Origin: Eledone cirrhosa
Lineage: Eukaryota
Direction: 5' to 3'
DNA length: 64,000 nt
Assembly (NCBI GenBank): GCA_964016885.1
Contig: OZ024748.1
Location: forward strand, 55,180,001 to 55,244,000
Positions 12,049 through 26,389 of this stretch are shown one piece after another; within the stretch, counting starts at the first letter, position 1, and every line of letters begins with the position of its first letter. The notes beneath the pieces are model-generated. The model was not told the origin of the DNA. It worked only from the letters and a program-made list of their open reading frames with translations, and did not search any database. Made by a program: the position numbers and the translations under genes.

Positions 12049-13720
12049 ATATATATATATATTTATATGTATATAACCATTATTTTTAAAATAAAAAAAT
12101 AGACAATATATATTCATTTACGAGAATTAAAGATTAAGAGTAAAAAATAAGATTAAATTTAAAAAGACAAATATACACTGTTCTTCATCAGCCATTGATG
12201 AGTACCTAATCATTCATAATTTAGCGAGAAATTGTCCGTTTACATTAGTGTGTGGAGAAAGTATCGGTAATTCTACGCAGACATCAATAAGTTATGTAAC
12301 TAAACCTTTATTTTCAAGTTCAATTCTAAACATTAATATTTAAAACAAACATTGAAAGACCCCCCCCCTTCACACACGTAACAAAAGAATTGTTTTTACC
12401 CCCTCACAAAAATTTATTTACGGAAATTATGCCCCAAAATTGGTTTACACAAAATATGTAAAACACTACAGGAGATACAACAAAAAAGGTTACGAATTAA
12501 AAACATTTAAAAAAAAAAAGGAAAAAGCATAAAAGGAATGATAGAGAAACCTAAAAAATTGAATAAAACCGATTCGACTCAAAATTTTAATTTTTAAACA
12601 AATGCAATTTAACTGTTCCTTTTAATTTACAATTATTTTTTTATTTTATTTCTTTATTATATTGCAGGTTTTTTGGCTTTGTTTTTAGTTTGTGTTTACA
12701 TATTTATCACCAACAACCTTGATATTTAAGTCATAAATCACGGTTTCAACACAGCTGAACAGGCTAATAAATAAATAAATAAATAAAACAAAAGCAAAAA
12801 AAAAAAGAGACAAACAAGATCTTGTACTAAATAATGAACAAAAAATTGACAGACAGAAATGTTTAAAGTAAATTAAAGTCCAATAAAATGACATGTAAAA
12901 AAGAAAAGAGGAATGTTTTAAATTTACGGGGTGGTTGTGGTGGTGGGAAAAAAAAAGAAAAAAAGAGAAGAAAATGAGGAAAGAAACAACAAACAAACAA
13001 AATAGAAAGATATAGAAAGAAGATGAGAAAGAAGCATTGAAGAAGGGAAAATAGAAGAAAGTGTAGTGAAGATATCTGAAAGAAGTAGAATGAGGAATGG
13101 AATATATGGCGAGGAGAGAGTAGTTGAAAGATAAGAGAGAAAGGATAGATAGAGACGAACAACTGAGAGAGGGTGTAGAGAGAGAGGGTTGAGTTTAAAA
13201 GGAGGAAATAGGAAGGATAATATTTGGTGGAGGATGAGGAAGGGGAGGGGAAATAAAAATGAAGTATTTGAAAGAAATGAGAGGAAGGAGAGAAAAGCTA
13301 CACGAGGAAGAGGGATAGCAGACAAGGAGAGTTTAAATAGAAAAATAGCCAGAAAATTAATTGGTATTGAACGGTGGGGGGAAAAATGAACAAGAAACGG
13401 AAAATGAAGAATAAAAAAAATGAGGTGACTCGAATGATGATGATGATAATGATGATGATTATGGTGATGATGGTGAGGTGGATGAAGAGGTTAATGGTGA
13501 TGATGATTAAAAAGGAGAGAGATAACACATTTCTAAGAAAAATACACGAAGAAGCAAATGTAAAAGAAGGAAAAATTGAAAAGTAAGAAAAAAAAGACAA
13601 AAAATTTAAATAATAATAATAAAAAAATACATGTAGAAGAAAAAGAAGAGACTTAGAAAGAAAGGGAAAAAACATTATTTGAAAATCTGCATATAGCAAC
13701 AAAGGAAAATAGTGTTGAAG

Positions 13721-13761
<41 letters not shown>

Positions 13762-13989
13762 ATATCTATATATACATGTGTGTATATATATATATACATG
13801 TGTGTATATATATATACATGTGTGTGTATGAGTATATATATATATATATGTGTGTGTGTATATATATATGTGTGTGTGTGTATGTATATGTATATATGTG
13901 TATGTATATATACATATATATGTGTGTGTGTGTATATATATATAATATACATGTGTATATTTATATGTATATATATGTGTATGTGTATT

Positions 13990-14064
<75 letters not shown>

Positions 14065-14367
14065 ATGTATATATATAGATATCGGTGTGCATATGTATGT
14101 AACGTTTGGTGGGGGAAGGTTTAACGAAAATGGTGGTCTTGATCTGATCATGCAATAATTTTCAGAAAAGAGATCTAGACTTGTCAGAATGCCCAATCTA
14201 TAAAAAAAGACAAAATCTATGAATTGACACAATTATGTCGATAACTAAGTGCACTGCAAAATATGCCAACATCACATGATTAATATATACATAATATGGA
14301 GTATATAGTAAAGTAAATCCATAAATAATACAATATAAAATTCAAACAAAAAGCGATAAGATAAAGT

Positions 14368-14427
14368 ATGAAAAATGAAAATGTAAGGAATTGGATAAAA
14401 AAAGATATAAGCTTACGTCTTTATACT

Positions 14428-14458
<31 letters not shown>

Positions 14459-14853
14459 CGAGATAGAGAGAGATAGAGAGAGATAGATAGATAGATAGAT
14501 AGATACAGAGAGAGCGAGAGAGAGAGAGGGAAAAAGTGAGAAAAAGAGAGGGAGAGAGAGAATGAGAGGGAGAGAGAGAGGGAGAAAGAGAGGGAGAGAG
14601 AGGAGGAGTGAGAGAGAGGGAGAGAGAAAGTGCGTAAGAGGGGGAGAGAAAATGAGAGGGAGAGGGGTAAGAGAAAGAGAGAAATAGAAAGGGGGGAAGA
14701 GAGATACAGAAAGAAAGAGTGAGAGAGAGAAAGATGGGAGGAAGAGAGTGGGTAAGAGAGAGAAAGATGGGAGGAAGAGAGTGGGTAAGAGAGAGAAAGA
14801 TGGCAGGAAGAGAGTGGGTAAGAGAGAGAGTGGCAAGAGGGAGAGAGAGAGGG

Positions 14854-14890
<37 letters not shown>
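14368..14890. repeat. (GA)n-rich tract with three ~33-bp units
   Basis: gagagagaaagatgg(g/c)aggaagagagtgggtaa is repeated at about 14722-14825. Confidence 0.85.
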
Positions 14891-14893
<3 letters not shown>

Positions 14894-15412
14894 ACCATGT
14901 ATGTATATATATATATATAATGTATTAGATATTGCTGAATTGACAATAATAAAACAATATGATTTCCATCAATACAGCTACTACTTATATTTTTTATTAT
15001 TAGTACTTATATATCTTCATCATCATGAAACATATCATCATCATCATCATCGCTGTTTTCCTTAGTAATACTGCGATCACCAATAACACCAACATTAAAA
15101 CACCTATTAATCATCCCTAGTATTATAAATATCTAACGATAGTCCCGATATAGGTTCAATTAGCTTGCTAAGAATTGCACCAAAAATTCAGATCAACTTG
15201 ATCTGAGTGACAACCAACGCCAACTCTTCCATACACTTAAGCCACAATTTTTATATTACTGATCACGTAACTGTGTGCCAATTTGTTTTTACTAGCACAG
15301 CTCCTCTAGCTAATCAACAATAAAAAGCTTTCAAGCTAAGATCTTCAATGAAATATTTTAATCTAGATCTACTGTAGCTTCGATTTCACTATTCAATACA
15401 AAGCTCTTTTAT

Positions 15413-15635
15413 GAAGAGTGGATTGGGAGTATCGGTAGAGGGTCGGACGCCATGGTTTGCACCAAAGAGTTACATCCCTTTATGGTCTGAGTTCAAATCC
15501 CGCCGAGGTTAACTTTGCCTTCATCGTTACGGGGCCGATAAAATAAAGTACCAGTCACGTATTGGGGTCGATGTAATCGACTTTCTCCTCCCCCCAAATT
15601 ACTGGCCTTGTGCCTATATAAGAAACCATTATTAC
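15413..15635 (+). mobile_element. SINE family A flanked by a 50-bp inverted repeat
   Basis: Family consensus present. Flanking arms lie at 15369-15418 and 15646-15695. Confidence 0.8.
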
Positions 15636-15889
15636 TGACACCGACCTCTTCATAAAAGGCGTCTGTATTGAATAGTGAATTCGAAGCTGCAGTAGTAATG
15701 TGATTTATTTCTACTATTTGGAGAGGCTGAATAGAAACCCTGTTACTCTCTGTGTTTATCTTACCGAGATAATATAAGCAATTGTTTGTTTTAACTACTA
15801 TGTTCGGACTGATCTATGATAAATACGCAAACCATTTTCTTATGTGATGACCATATTATACAATGTGTTCATTTTCAATACTAAGCGGT

Positions 15890-15922
<33 letters not shown>

Positions 15923-16547
15923 CACACACATATATATAACTGGCCATAACAATTATATTGAAACTCGTCCTGTGGACTTGAGTTGCTCATAGAAAGATAG
16001 ATAGAGATGCATGAGTGGATGTGTTTAAAATAAATAGTATTTAAAACATTCATACATTAACTGAAAGATCTCCCAATACTGATTGAGGCTGAGAATGTTT
16101 CTGCCACCCAGCATCACACGGCCTATTTCACCCTCAGAATTTAACGGCTGAAACAGAAACTGCCAGACTGACCAGTCTCTACTCCAATTTATTATATACG
16201 TAGTTAGATATGTTATGTATTTTATAAGTGTGTATATATATTTATATGTATTTTTGCGTGTGTATACGTGTTATATGATATGGATTTCTTAATGTATAGA
16301 TCCCAATTTTTAATATATTCATCTCAATTTTTAAATGATTAACTAAACATCTAATCATATATTTAAACAATGATTAATTTCTCATATTATATATGTATAT
16401 TCCATGATTATTAACATTTCTAATTTTATTTATTCATTTCAGCTCAATTGTTAAGTTAACTCAACAAGATATGACTTAGAGTTTTCGTTCTCTCCCCTTC
16501 TCTCTGTCTCCTCTCTCTCTATTGTTTTGGTCTCTCTCTCTCTCTTT

Positions 16548-16581
<34 letters not shown>

Positions 16582-16762
16582 TTCTCTCTCTCCTTCTTTA
16601 TCTTTTTCTTTCTCTGTAACCCAAGGGCTTATTTTAAAATAAAAAATATCCAATACTAATAATAATATAATTAAACAACTCCACTATCCGGGAGCTTCCA
16701 ACAGTAATGGTTGCATTTTTTAAGGGTATGTCAATATTTACTTATAAAACTGATCTATATTA

Positions 16763-16827
16763 TATTTTGTCTGATGAAAGCACACCATAATTTAACTTGG
16801 TGTCCTTGAAATATGTATAATGAAATA
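16763..16827 (+). ncRNA. Type I hammerhead ribozyme (family H9) within an element spanning about 16690-17130
   Basis: tattttgt CTGATGA aagcacacca-taatttaact-tggtgtcctt GAAA tatgta TA atgaaata. A homologue lies at 39578-39642 (-). Confidence 0.8.
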
Positions 16828-17145
16828 AATATGGCTTTATAAATATAGTTTCCATTTGTTAATATCGTATATAAATCGTATATTAATATCGTTTATTAAT
16901 CGAAAATGCAACTGGAGTCTTTTTAAGAATATTTATTTTTGTGTCCATTACCGGTTTCGCAGTTCTTATGCCTTTCAAAAGTAGAATTAAGATAGAGGGT
17001 TTGTGGTTTTTCTCGAGAAAAACCACAAACTCCAGTTGCATTTTCGATTACATCTTTTTTCCTTATACTCTCACTCATGTAGAACATCTCTTTTCTTTTC
17101 ATTTTGAAGAAAAAACCCCACATCATTTTTCTAATATATATATAT

Positions 17146-17179
<34 letters not shown>

Positions 17180-18207
17180 ATATATATATATACACACACA
17201 TATACACACACATATTGAACCTGTTGATATTTTCCACATGCTGATGGCTGTGTTCTTAATCTGAACTGCTGTAATAGTTTTATATGTGAACAACATTTAA
17301 GTGTTTCAGAGGTTGCGCATTTCTGATGTGTGAGATTATGGAGGTAGATACTAGAATGGATGGTTAGCAGTCTCTAGTGAGTCAGTGGGAGAGACCTTGT
17401 GCTGCCAGGGATATTTCACTTAGAACTGGAGAAGCTTATATATCGCAGCTGATATGAAGTTCTATAGAGCCTCATTCTCAAGGAACTCACTAAGGTTTAC
17501 ACCCATACTTATTGCCCCGGAAGATAATGCCTTTGGAATTCGCTGATATCTTCCAGTTCTATAATATTTTTCTGCTGATATCGACATGCAGATATTCAGG
17601 TGGAATATAAACAGATTCAATGTTATCAGACTGGAAGGTCTGGTGAAGATCACGAACACAACTCGTTTCTCATGTCTAATCCATAACAAAGAATAATTAT
17701 GATAAAGGAAAGTTTGATCGATATAACCGAGTATGTTCGTTACTTTATGAAATGTTGCTTTGTGTTCCCTTATAAGAAATCAATTATATAGTGGTCTTTG
17801 TGCAATGAGCAATGTGCGTATACCAAATCCTGGTTTTTATTTACGGCTCATAACCGTTAAGACAACGAGATATATTTTTGTTTTATGAATGGAAACAGAG
17901 CAGTGATGTTGACCCCTTTGGCTGACAATGTGACACCCGATTGAAACTCACAGCTGCCACACACGCAGACTAAGAGACAACTGACAAAAGTGCACCAACA
18001 CACGTGTAGATAATATATACACCTGAGATCAAATTTATCGTCATATTTATTTAGCTGAATATCTTGTTACAAAATACAAAGATTGGGCGAAAGAAAACAG
18101 CAAAGAACTACACTGTAGATACTTTTATTAATAATCATATTACGCAACGTTGTTCAAGGGGTGCTGTTTCGGCAATGTAAGGTCATTGACAAGGGTTCAA
18201 TCTGATA

Positions 18208-18553
18208 TTACTCTATTCTTTTACCTGTTCCAGCCATACAGCTGAGGCTATGCTGAGGCACCACCATTGAATAATTTTTTAACGGTGCTGCTGATATAAT
18301 TGGGAAAAGGAATAAACATCACCTTTATTCATCTCTATTTACTCGTTGAATACCGGGTGTTTCCCACTCAACAGTAACACGATTATTCACTGGTGTCAGT
18401 GATTAGACTGCGGCCATGTTATGGCAATGTCTGGATTTAATCAATCATACAGACCCATGTATTTATTTTTTGTTTTAAATCTGGTCCTTTGTTTATCGAT
18501 CCCTTTTCTATTGAAACGCTGTGTATCGAGACATAAACACGCACACATATATG

Positions 18554-18604
<51 letters not shown>

Positions 18605-18751
18605 ATGTGTACGTGTAAGTGTGGATGTGGGTGTGTGACACTGTATGTAAATGTGTGTTTGGGGGGTGTAGGTGAATGTGTGTGTGTTTATTTGAATATG
18701 AGTGTGTGTGTGTGTGTGTGTGAGTATGTGAATGTGTTTGAGGGTATGTAA

Positions 18752-18788
<37 letters not shown>

Positions 18789-18900
18789 AAGAGAGTGCGT
18801 ACGACATGTTTCTGCAGTTTCCATTTTCGGAATTCCGTCCACAAGGCTTTGGTCCACTCGATGCTTTAGTAAAAGACACTTGCCTAGTTTGCTGCACAAC
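18208..18900 (-). mobile_element. Degenerate SINE family C copies with internal (CA)n expansion
   Basis: The - strand has ggcaagtgtcttttacta..g..gaccaaagccttgtg..ggaaactg and 3' ends like ggtgcctcagcatagcc / catggccgcagtc. These resemble an abundant octopod SINE as I recall it. Confidence 0.55.
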
Positions 18901-18910
18901 GACTTGACAC

Positions 18911-18949
<39 letters not shown>

Positions 18950-19160
18950 GGTGGTAGTAGTAGTAGTGATAATAGTAGTAGTAGTAGTGGTAGTAGTAGT
19001 AGTGGTAATAGTATTATTAGTAGTAGTAGTGGTAGTAGTGGTGATGGTAGTAGTAGTATAATAGTAGTAGTAGTAGTGGTGGTAGTAGTAGTAGTAGTAG
19101 TAGTGGTGGTAGTAGTAGTAGTAGTAGTGGTAGTAGTAGTGGTGGTGGTAGTAGTAGTGA

Positions 19161-19200
<40 letters not shown>

Positions 19201-19263
19201 GGTAATAGTATTAGTAGTAGTGGTAGTAGTGGTGATGGTAGTAGTAGTATAATAGTAGTAGTA

Positions 19264-19334
<71 letters not shown>

Positions 19335-19446
19335 GGTGGTGGTAGTAGTGGTGGTGGTAGTAGTGGTGGTTGTGGTAGTGGTTGTTGTAGTAGTAGTAGT
19401 GGTAGTAGTATTAGTAGTAGAAGTAGTAGTGGTAGTAGTGGTGATG

Positions 19447-19481
<35 letters not shown>

Positions 19482-19626
19482 GGTGATGGTAGTAGTAGTA
19501 GTGGTGGTAGTAATTGTAGTAGTGGTAGTAGTAGTAGTAGTGGTAGTAGTAGTAGAAGTAGTAGTGGTAGTAGAAGTAGTAGTGGTAGTAGTGGTGATGG
19601 TAGTAGTAGTAGTAGTAGTAGTAGTA
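18911..19626. repeat. (TAG)n/(TGG)n trinucleotide microsatellite
   Basis: Direct inspection. Confidence 0.95.
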
Positions 19627-20424
19627 AAACGTATAACGAAAAACCAAGCTTAAAAGGAAGAAAAAGAAGTGATTCAAGTTATTTGATGTTTTAGTTCAAA
19701 TATCGCTATAGCAAACTGACTTTACACTCCCGGGATTAATAAATAAAGTACCAGTAAAATACTGGGGTTCGACTCCTTTCTTTCTCTTCATCCCCCTTTT
19801 CTCACCTTCATTCTCTTCTCTCAGAATCCCTCGTTAGCTAACACACAGATATAGGCTGCAGTACTAACAACATCCTTCAATCAACCATACCATAAATCTC
19901 TCCCAAGAAATCATAGAACATGGCTGCCAGAGATCGGCTGATATACTGATGACACAGAATTTATAAACAACAACAACAAAAACCCAGCAATACAAAATAC
20001 GGGGGAAACACCTTCTCCATTCTGTCCGCCAGGGCCGTGGAGCGGCCAACACGTGGGACACCATTTGCTCACAATACAGAGATGGGAGGGCGAGAGAGAT
20101 GAGGGTGATGACAGTGGGAGTTCGGCTTTTTCTTGTTCGGGCCTGGTGTACATGTGATAGATGGGGAGGGCAAGAGAGATGGAGGCGATGACAGTGGGAG
20201 TTAGGCCCTTCCGTGTTCGGACACGGAATCCTTCCTCGTAGACAGCGGTTGCAGTGTTATTTCTGTAGTTGTTATTGTCTCCTTGTTAATATAAAATAGT
20301 CTTTATAATATTTGCCTGAAGGTTTTACTTTCGGTTCCCAGCTTAAATGAAACATAATTTAGTAATACAATAAAGTTTGCAGTAGTAGCGGCAATAACAA
20401 CAACAGCAACTAATGTAGTAGCCT

Positions 20425-21077
20425 TACCACCACCACCACTATCACCACATCAACCACCACCACCACCATACCACCACCATACCATCACCACCACCATACC
20501 ACCATACCACCACCACCGCTATACTACCACCGCCATACCACCACCGCCACCACCATACAACCACCACACCATCACCACCACTATACCACCACCACCATAC
20601 CACCACCACCACCACCATACCACCACCACCATACCACCACCACCATACCATCACCACCACCATACCATCATCATCACAACCATACCACCACCATACCACC
20701 ATACCACCACACCATACCACCACCACCACACCCACCACCATACCACCACCACCACCACACCACCACCAACCACCACCGCCATACCATCACCACCACCATA
20801 TCACCACCACCATACCATCATCACCACAACCATACCACCACACGATACCACCACCACCACCACACACACCACCACCATACCACCACCACCACTACCACCA
20901 CCAACCACCACCGCCATGCCATCACCACCACCATCACCATGACGTTCACCTCCACCATCACCCCTCACCACCACCACCACCAACCACCACCGCCATACCA
21001 CCACCACCACCAACCACCACCGCCATACCACCACCACCACCACCACCACCACCACCACCACCCGACAACCACCACCT
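20425..21077. repeat. (CAC)n/(CATAC) composite microsatellite
   Basis: Direct inspection. Confidence 0.95.
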
Positions 21078-22161
21078 TTCATAAAAATCGACATTTAACT
21101 AAAACAGTATCCGTGTTTAAGTCGTTAAAAGTAGAGAAAGTTAAAAGGCAGTATTTTATGCCAAATTACAGCAGGTAACAGCTGTGGGATAAGAAAAGAT
21201 ATTAGAAACAAACAGACACAAAATGAAATCTCAATAACAACGATAACAACAATAACAGACGTAATAATTACACACCACGCGGTCGTCGTCGTGAGGGCAG
21301 AGGTACTTATACTTTTGGAAGGGTTGTTATATGTTGTTGTTGTTGGTGGTGGTAAGGGCAACGACCCATTCATTTGGCGGGCTTGTTATATGTTGAGGGA
21401 AGCGATATTTGTATTGTTGTCGTCGTTACTGGTTTTGTTGGTATGCTGTTGTATATTTTATGTTGTTGGTCTATTTTGTTGTTGAATGTTGTTGGGATTA
21501 CGTCTGATGTAATTGTTAAAAGAGTCTAGTGACTTTTGGGTCACCCTATGTGTGTGTATATATGTATATATATATATATATATATATGATAATAATGGAG
21601 CTGCGGCGCTGCAAATGGGTTACATATGAACAAGTTTGTCCGCATCAGTGGCCTTCCAACCGTCGTAGGCATTTCGTCGCATTAAAGGCCATATACCTCA
21701 GGTTGGTGCGAGAAACGGCTAAAAAAAGTCGTTGGGACACGTAAATAAAGGGGGCGCTAGGGTAAACAGACAAAATGGTTTAAGCAGCAGAAAGTGATGA
21801 AGAAGAAACAAGTCCCAGATTTCTATGAATATAAATTCGGTGGAATCGTGAACGAGAGAATAAAGACCATCAAACCTGGTTGAAATGTGAGCAAGGAAGG
21901 AATTTCGCACAGGTCTAACGGGAGGAAGAAGGGGTCTGGTCTGCGAATTCGGTAAACATAAGTTCTGTGAAGTCGCAGACGAGAGAGAGAGAAAAAAAAT
22001 TCATACCGGCTTGGCCAAGTGCCCGTGAGAAAAGGATTACGGACAGGTCAAACGGGAAGAAAGGGGAGGAGGAGAGGTAGTGACAGAGAGTGAGTGAGTG
22101 AAAGGTGAGGAAGAGGCTAACAGAGAGAGAGAGAGACTGCTAGAAAGGGTAAAGACACAAA

Positions 22162-24000
22162 TTATCATCATCCTCATCATCACCATTAACATCATTATCA
22201 TCATTATCACCATCATCATCATTTATATTATCATCAGCATTAATTTTAACATTATTTTCACGACACTAATAAGCAGTATCATTCTGAATCAGCACCGAGC
22301 TGATCATCACCAACATCATCATCATCATTGTCATCATTGTCATCATCATTGTCAACATCATTGTCAACATCATCATCATCATCATCATCAACATCACCAT
22401 TGTCATCACCAACATCATCATTGTCAACATCATCATCATCATCATCATCATTGTCATCATCATCATCAACATCATCATTGTCATCAACATCATCAACATC
22501 ATCAACATCATCATCATCACCATTGTCATCACCAACATCATCATCGTCAACATCATCACCAACATCATCATTGTCATCATCATCATCAACATCATCACTG
22601 TCATCATCATCACCAACATCATCATTGTCATCATCATCATCAACATCATCATTGTCATCATCATCATCATCATCAACATCATCATTGTCATCATCATCAT
22701 CATCATCAACATCATCATTGTCATCATCAATATCATTGTCACCATAATCTTGATTTCATTATTACATAATTCTCAATATCGTCATCATCCACACCACCAC
22801 CACCACCACCACCACCACCACCACCACCACCACCACCACCACCACCACCACCAATATCATCGTTATCATTATTGCCACTATCACCAGCTTCCTCATCAAC
22901 GCCATCACCACAACCATCATCATCATCAACACCAGCAGACAGCATCATCATCGTTATCACTACTGCCACTAGCTCCATCATCAACATCACGACCATATTC
23001 ACACCCACCATCATCATCATCACAACCACCACCACAACCATCATCATCATCATCAACACCAGCAATCAGCATCATCAGCATCAACACCACCACCATCATC
23101 ATCGTCATCGTTATCACTATTGCCACTAGCACCATCATCAACACCACCAACACCATCATCAACATCACGACCACCAACATCAGCGTCATCATCACACCCA
23201 CCATCATCACAACCACCACCACCACCACAACCATCATCATCATCATCATCATCAACACCACCACCACAACCATCATCAGCATCAACACCACCACCACCAT
23301 CATCATCATTATCACTACTGTCACTAGCACCATCATCAACACCACGACTACCAACATCATCATCATCGACACACCGACCATCATTATCAAATCCTCATCA
23401 CAACCACCAACAGCATCTCCATCATCAACACCACCATCAACACCAGCACCATCAACACCAGCACCATCAACACCACCATCACCACTGTCAGCATCAGCAT
23501 CAGCATCACTAATACCACTAGCACCACCATCATGTTCATCATCATTCCCAACACCACCACCATCACCAATACCATCATCAATACCACCATCAACACCGCC
23601 ACCATCATCAACACCACCACCACCTCCATCATACCACCACCACCAACACCGCCACCATCATCAATACCACCATCACCACCTCCACCAACACCACCACCAA
23701 CACCACCACCATCATCAATACCACCATCATCACCTCCACTAACACCACCACCATCATCAATACCACCATCACCACCTCCATCAACTCCACCACCACCAAC
23801 ACCAACAACACCACCACCAACAGCACCACCATCACCACTGCCATTAGCACCACCACCAACACCACCACTACCAACAACACCCCCATCGTCATCAGTAGCA
23901 ACTCCACCACCACCGCCACCAACACCCCCATCATCATCAGTACCACCACCACCACCAACACCCCCATCATCATCAGTACCAACACCATCATCACCACCAC
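22162..24000. repeat. (CAT)n/(CAC)n composite microsatellite
   Basis: Direct inspection. This tract generates the poly-H, poly-S, poly-M and poly-P ORFs. Confidence 0.95.
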
Positions 24001-24575
24001 TATCATCATCACCGCCATCATAATCACGACTGCCATTATCACCACCACCATTTTCATCATCAGTACCAACACCACCACCACCACCACCACCACTATCATC
24101 ATCACTACCATCATAATCACTACTGCCATTATCACCACCACCATTTTCATCATCAGTACCACCACCACCACCACTATCATCATCACTACCATCATAATCA
24201 CTACTGCCATTATCACCACCACCATTTTCATCATCAGTACCACTACCACCACCACTATCATCATCACTACCATCATAATCACTACTGCCATTATCACCAC
24301 CACCATTTTCATCATCAGTACCACCACCACCACCACTATCATCATCACTACCATCATAATCACTACTGCCATTATCACCACCACCATTTTCATCATCAGT
24401 ACCACCACCACCACCACCACTATCATCATCACTACCATCATAATCACTACTGCCATTATCACCACCACCATTTTCATCATCAGTACCAACACCACCACCA
24501 CCACCACCACTATCATCACTACCATCATAATCACTACTGCCATTATCACCACCACCATTTTCCTCATCACCACTC
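24000..24575. repeat. Higher-order minisatellite, about 8 units of ~70-80 bp
   Basis: Unit ccatcataatcactactgccattatcaccaccaccattttcatcatcagta(cca)nctatcatcatcacta, with variable (cca) count. Confidence 0.9.
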
Positions 24576-24854
24576 ACGACCCCTGCTCCATGATAACAGC
24601 ATCACCTCTAAGTATCCTTTCTTGCCATGTCGTCAAATATTCCTATTTTATACCAATTTATAATTCACCAGTTATTAAACGAATTAAACACTTCCAAAAT
24701 ATAATTGATTAAAGCAAAATGTGGAGAATTGACAAAATGGAAAATAAATAAACATAAAATTAATTGAAAATCATTAAATAGCCAAACTAGCTCCATAAAT
24801 GGAAATTAACGTGACTAGTGTTGATGTGTGTTGATATATATATATATATATATG

Positions 24855-24961
24855 ATTGTTTCTACTTTTGGGGACAAGGCCAGCAAATACCCAGTACATT
24901 ACTGGTACTTTATTTTATCGACCCCGTAAGGATGAAAGGCAAAGTTAACCTCGGCGGGATT
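24855..24961 (-). mobile_element. SINE family A, 3' half
   Basis: Reverse complement of consensus, cut at the B-box by (TA)n. Confidence 0.8.
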
Positions 24962-24982
24962 ATATATATATATATATGTATA

Positions 24983-25302
24983 TGATGTTGACTTGTTCTT
25001 CTTTTTGGTAAATATCATCCTGGTTAAGAGAGTGGGACTGGCTTTGTGCAGTGCCTTTGCTCACTATAAAAGCTTCACGGCACAGGCATTGCTTTATATC
25101 TGGGGATCTCTCTGCACTTGTCGTCACGTGGTACCATGGGCCCAACACTATGTGTCAATAATTGTCACAAGTGTAGTGTTTGTACGAGAGTTTTCAAGTC
25201 GCTGGCTGGACTAAAATGTCACACTCGTTCAGCGCATCGGTAGGGGTTCTCCTACATGGATATAAAGTAGTGGCCGTACTCGAAAACGAGTTGGCAGCCA
25301 CC
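24983..25302 (+). mobile_element. Repeat family R, 3' part
   Basis: Matches 40531-40842 and ends cgagttggcagccacc-(TA)n. Confidence 0.75.
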
Positions 25303-25566
25303 ATATATATATATATGTATATATACATACACATATATATATATATATACATATATACATACACACATATATATATATACATATATACATACACACATAT
25401 ATATATATACATATATACATACACACATATATATATATATATACATACACACATATATATATATATATATATACATACACACATATATATATATACATAT
25501 ATACATACACACATATATATATATACATATATACATACACACATATATATATATATATATATACAT

Positions 25567-25741
<175 letters not shown>

Positions 25742-25769
25742 CACATATATATATATATATATATACATA

Positions 25770-25800
<31 letters not shown>

Positions 25801-25830
25801 ACACACATATATATATATATATATATACAT

Positions 25831-25865
<35 letters not shown>

Positions 25866-25972
25866 CACATATATATATATATACATACACATATATATAT
25901 ACATATATACATACACACACATATATATATACATATATACATACACACACATATATATATACATATATACAT

Positions 25973-26011
<39 letters not shown>

Positions 26012-26389
26012 AACGAACACACGTACGCATACATACACAAACAAACACACGCACGCACACATACACACAAACACAAACACACACATACATACATACACAC
26101 AAACACACTCACACACACATATATATATATATATCAGGTTGTGTGTATGTTAGAGAGAGAGCGAGAGAGCGTTCTCTGTATCTACCAACCTACATATATT
26201 TGTTTCTCTTTTGAAATTCGACAAGATATAGAATTGATATATACCAGTCAACATGTTCTCAATCCAATTACTTATTCTCGACTTGAATATATCATTGTTG
26301 TCGTATTAAAGTTAGTGTTAATTCCTGTGAAATGTGAGATTTTGTAGAAGTAATATATATTTCTATTAAATATTACATTTATAAAAGGA

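Noticed and set aside
12920-13680. Purine-rich tract with Lys/Arg/Glu-rich ORFs
   Set aside because: Low-complexity A/G-rich sequence with no domain signature.
21590-22060. GC-richer island next to (TA)n, possible LTR or exon
   Set aside because: No second copy, defined termini or recognisable protein motif in the window.
22098-23742. His-rich, Ser-rich and Pro-rich ORFs resembling structural proteins
   Set aside because: Several frames on both strands are open because of (CAT)/(CAC) repeats. There is no signal peptide, splice signal or codon-level evidence.
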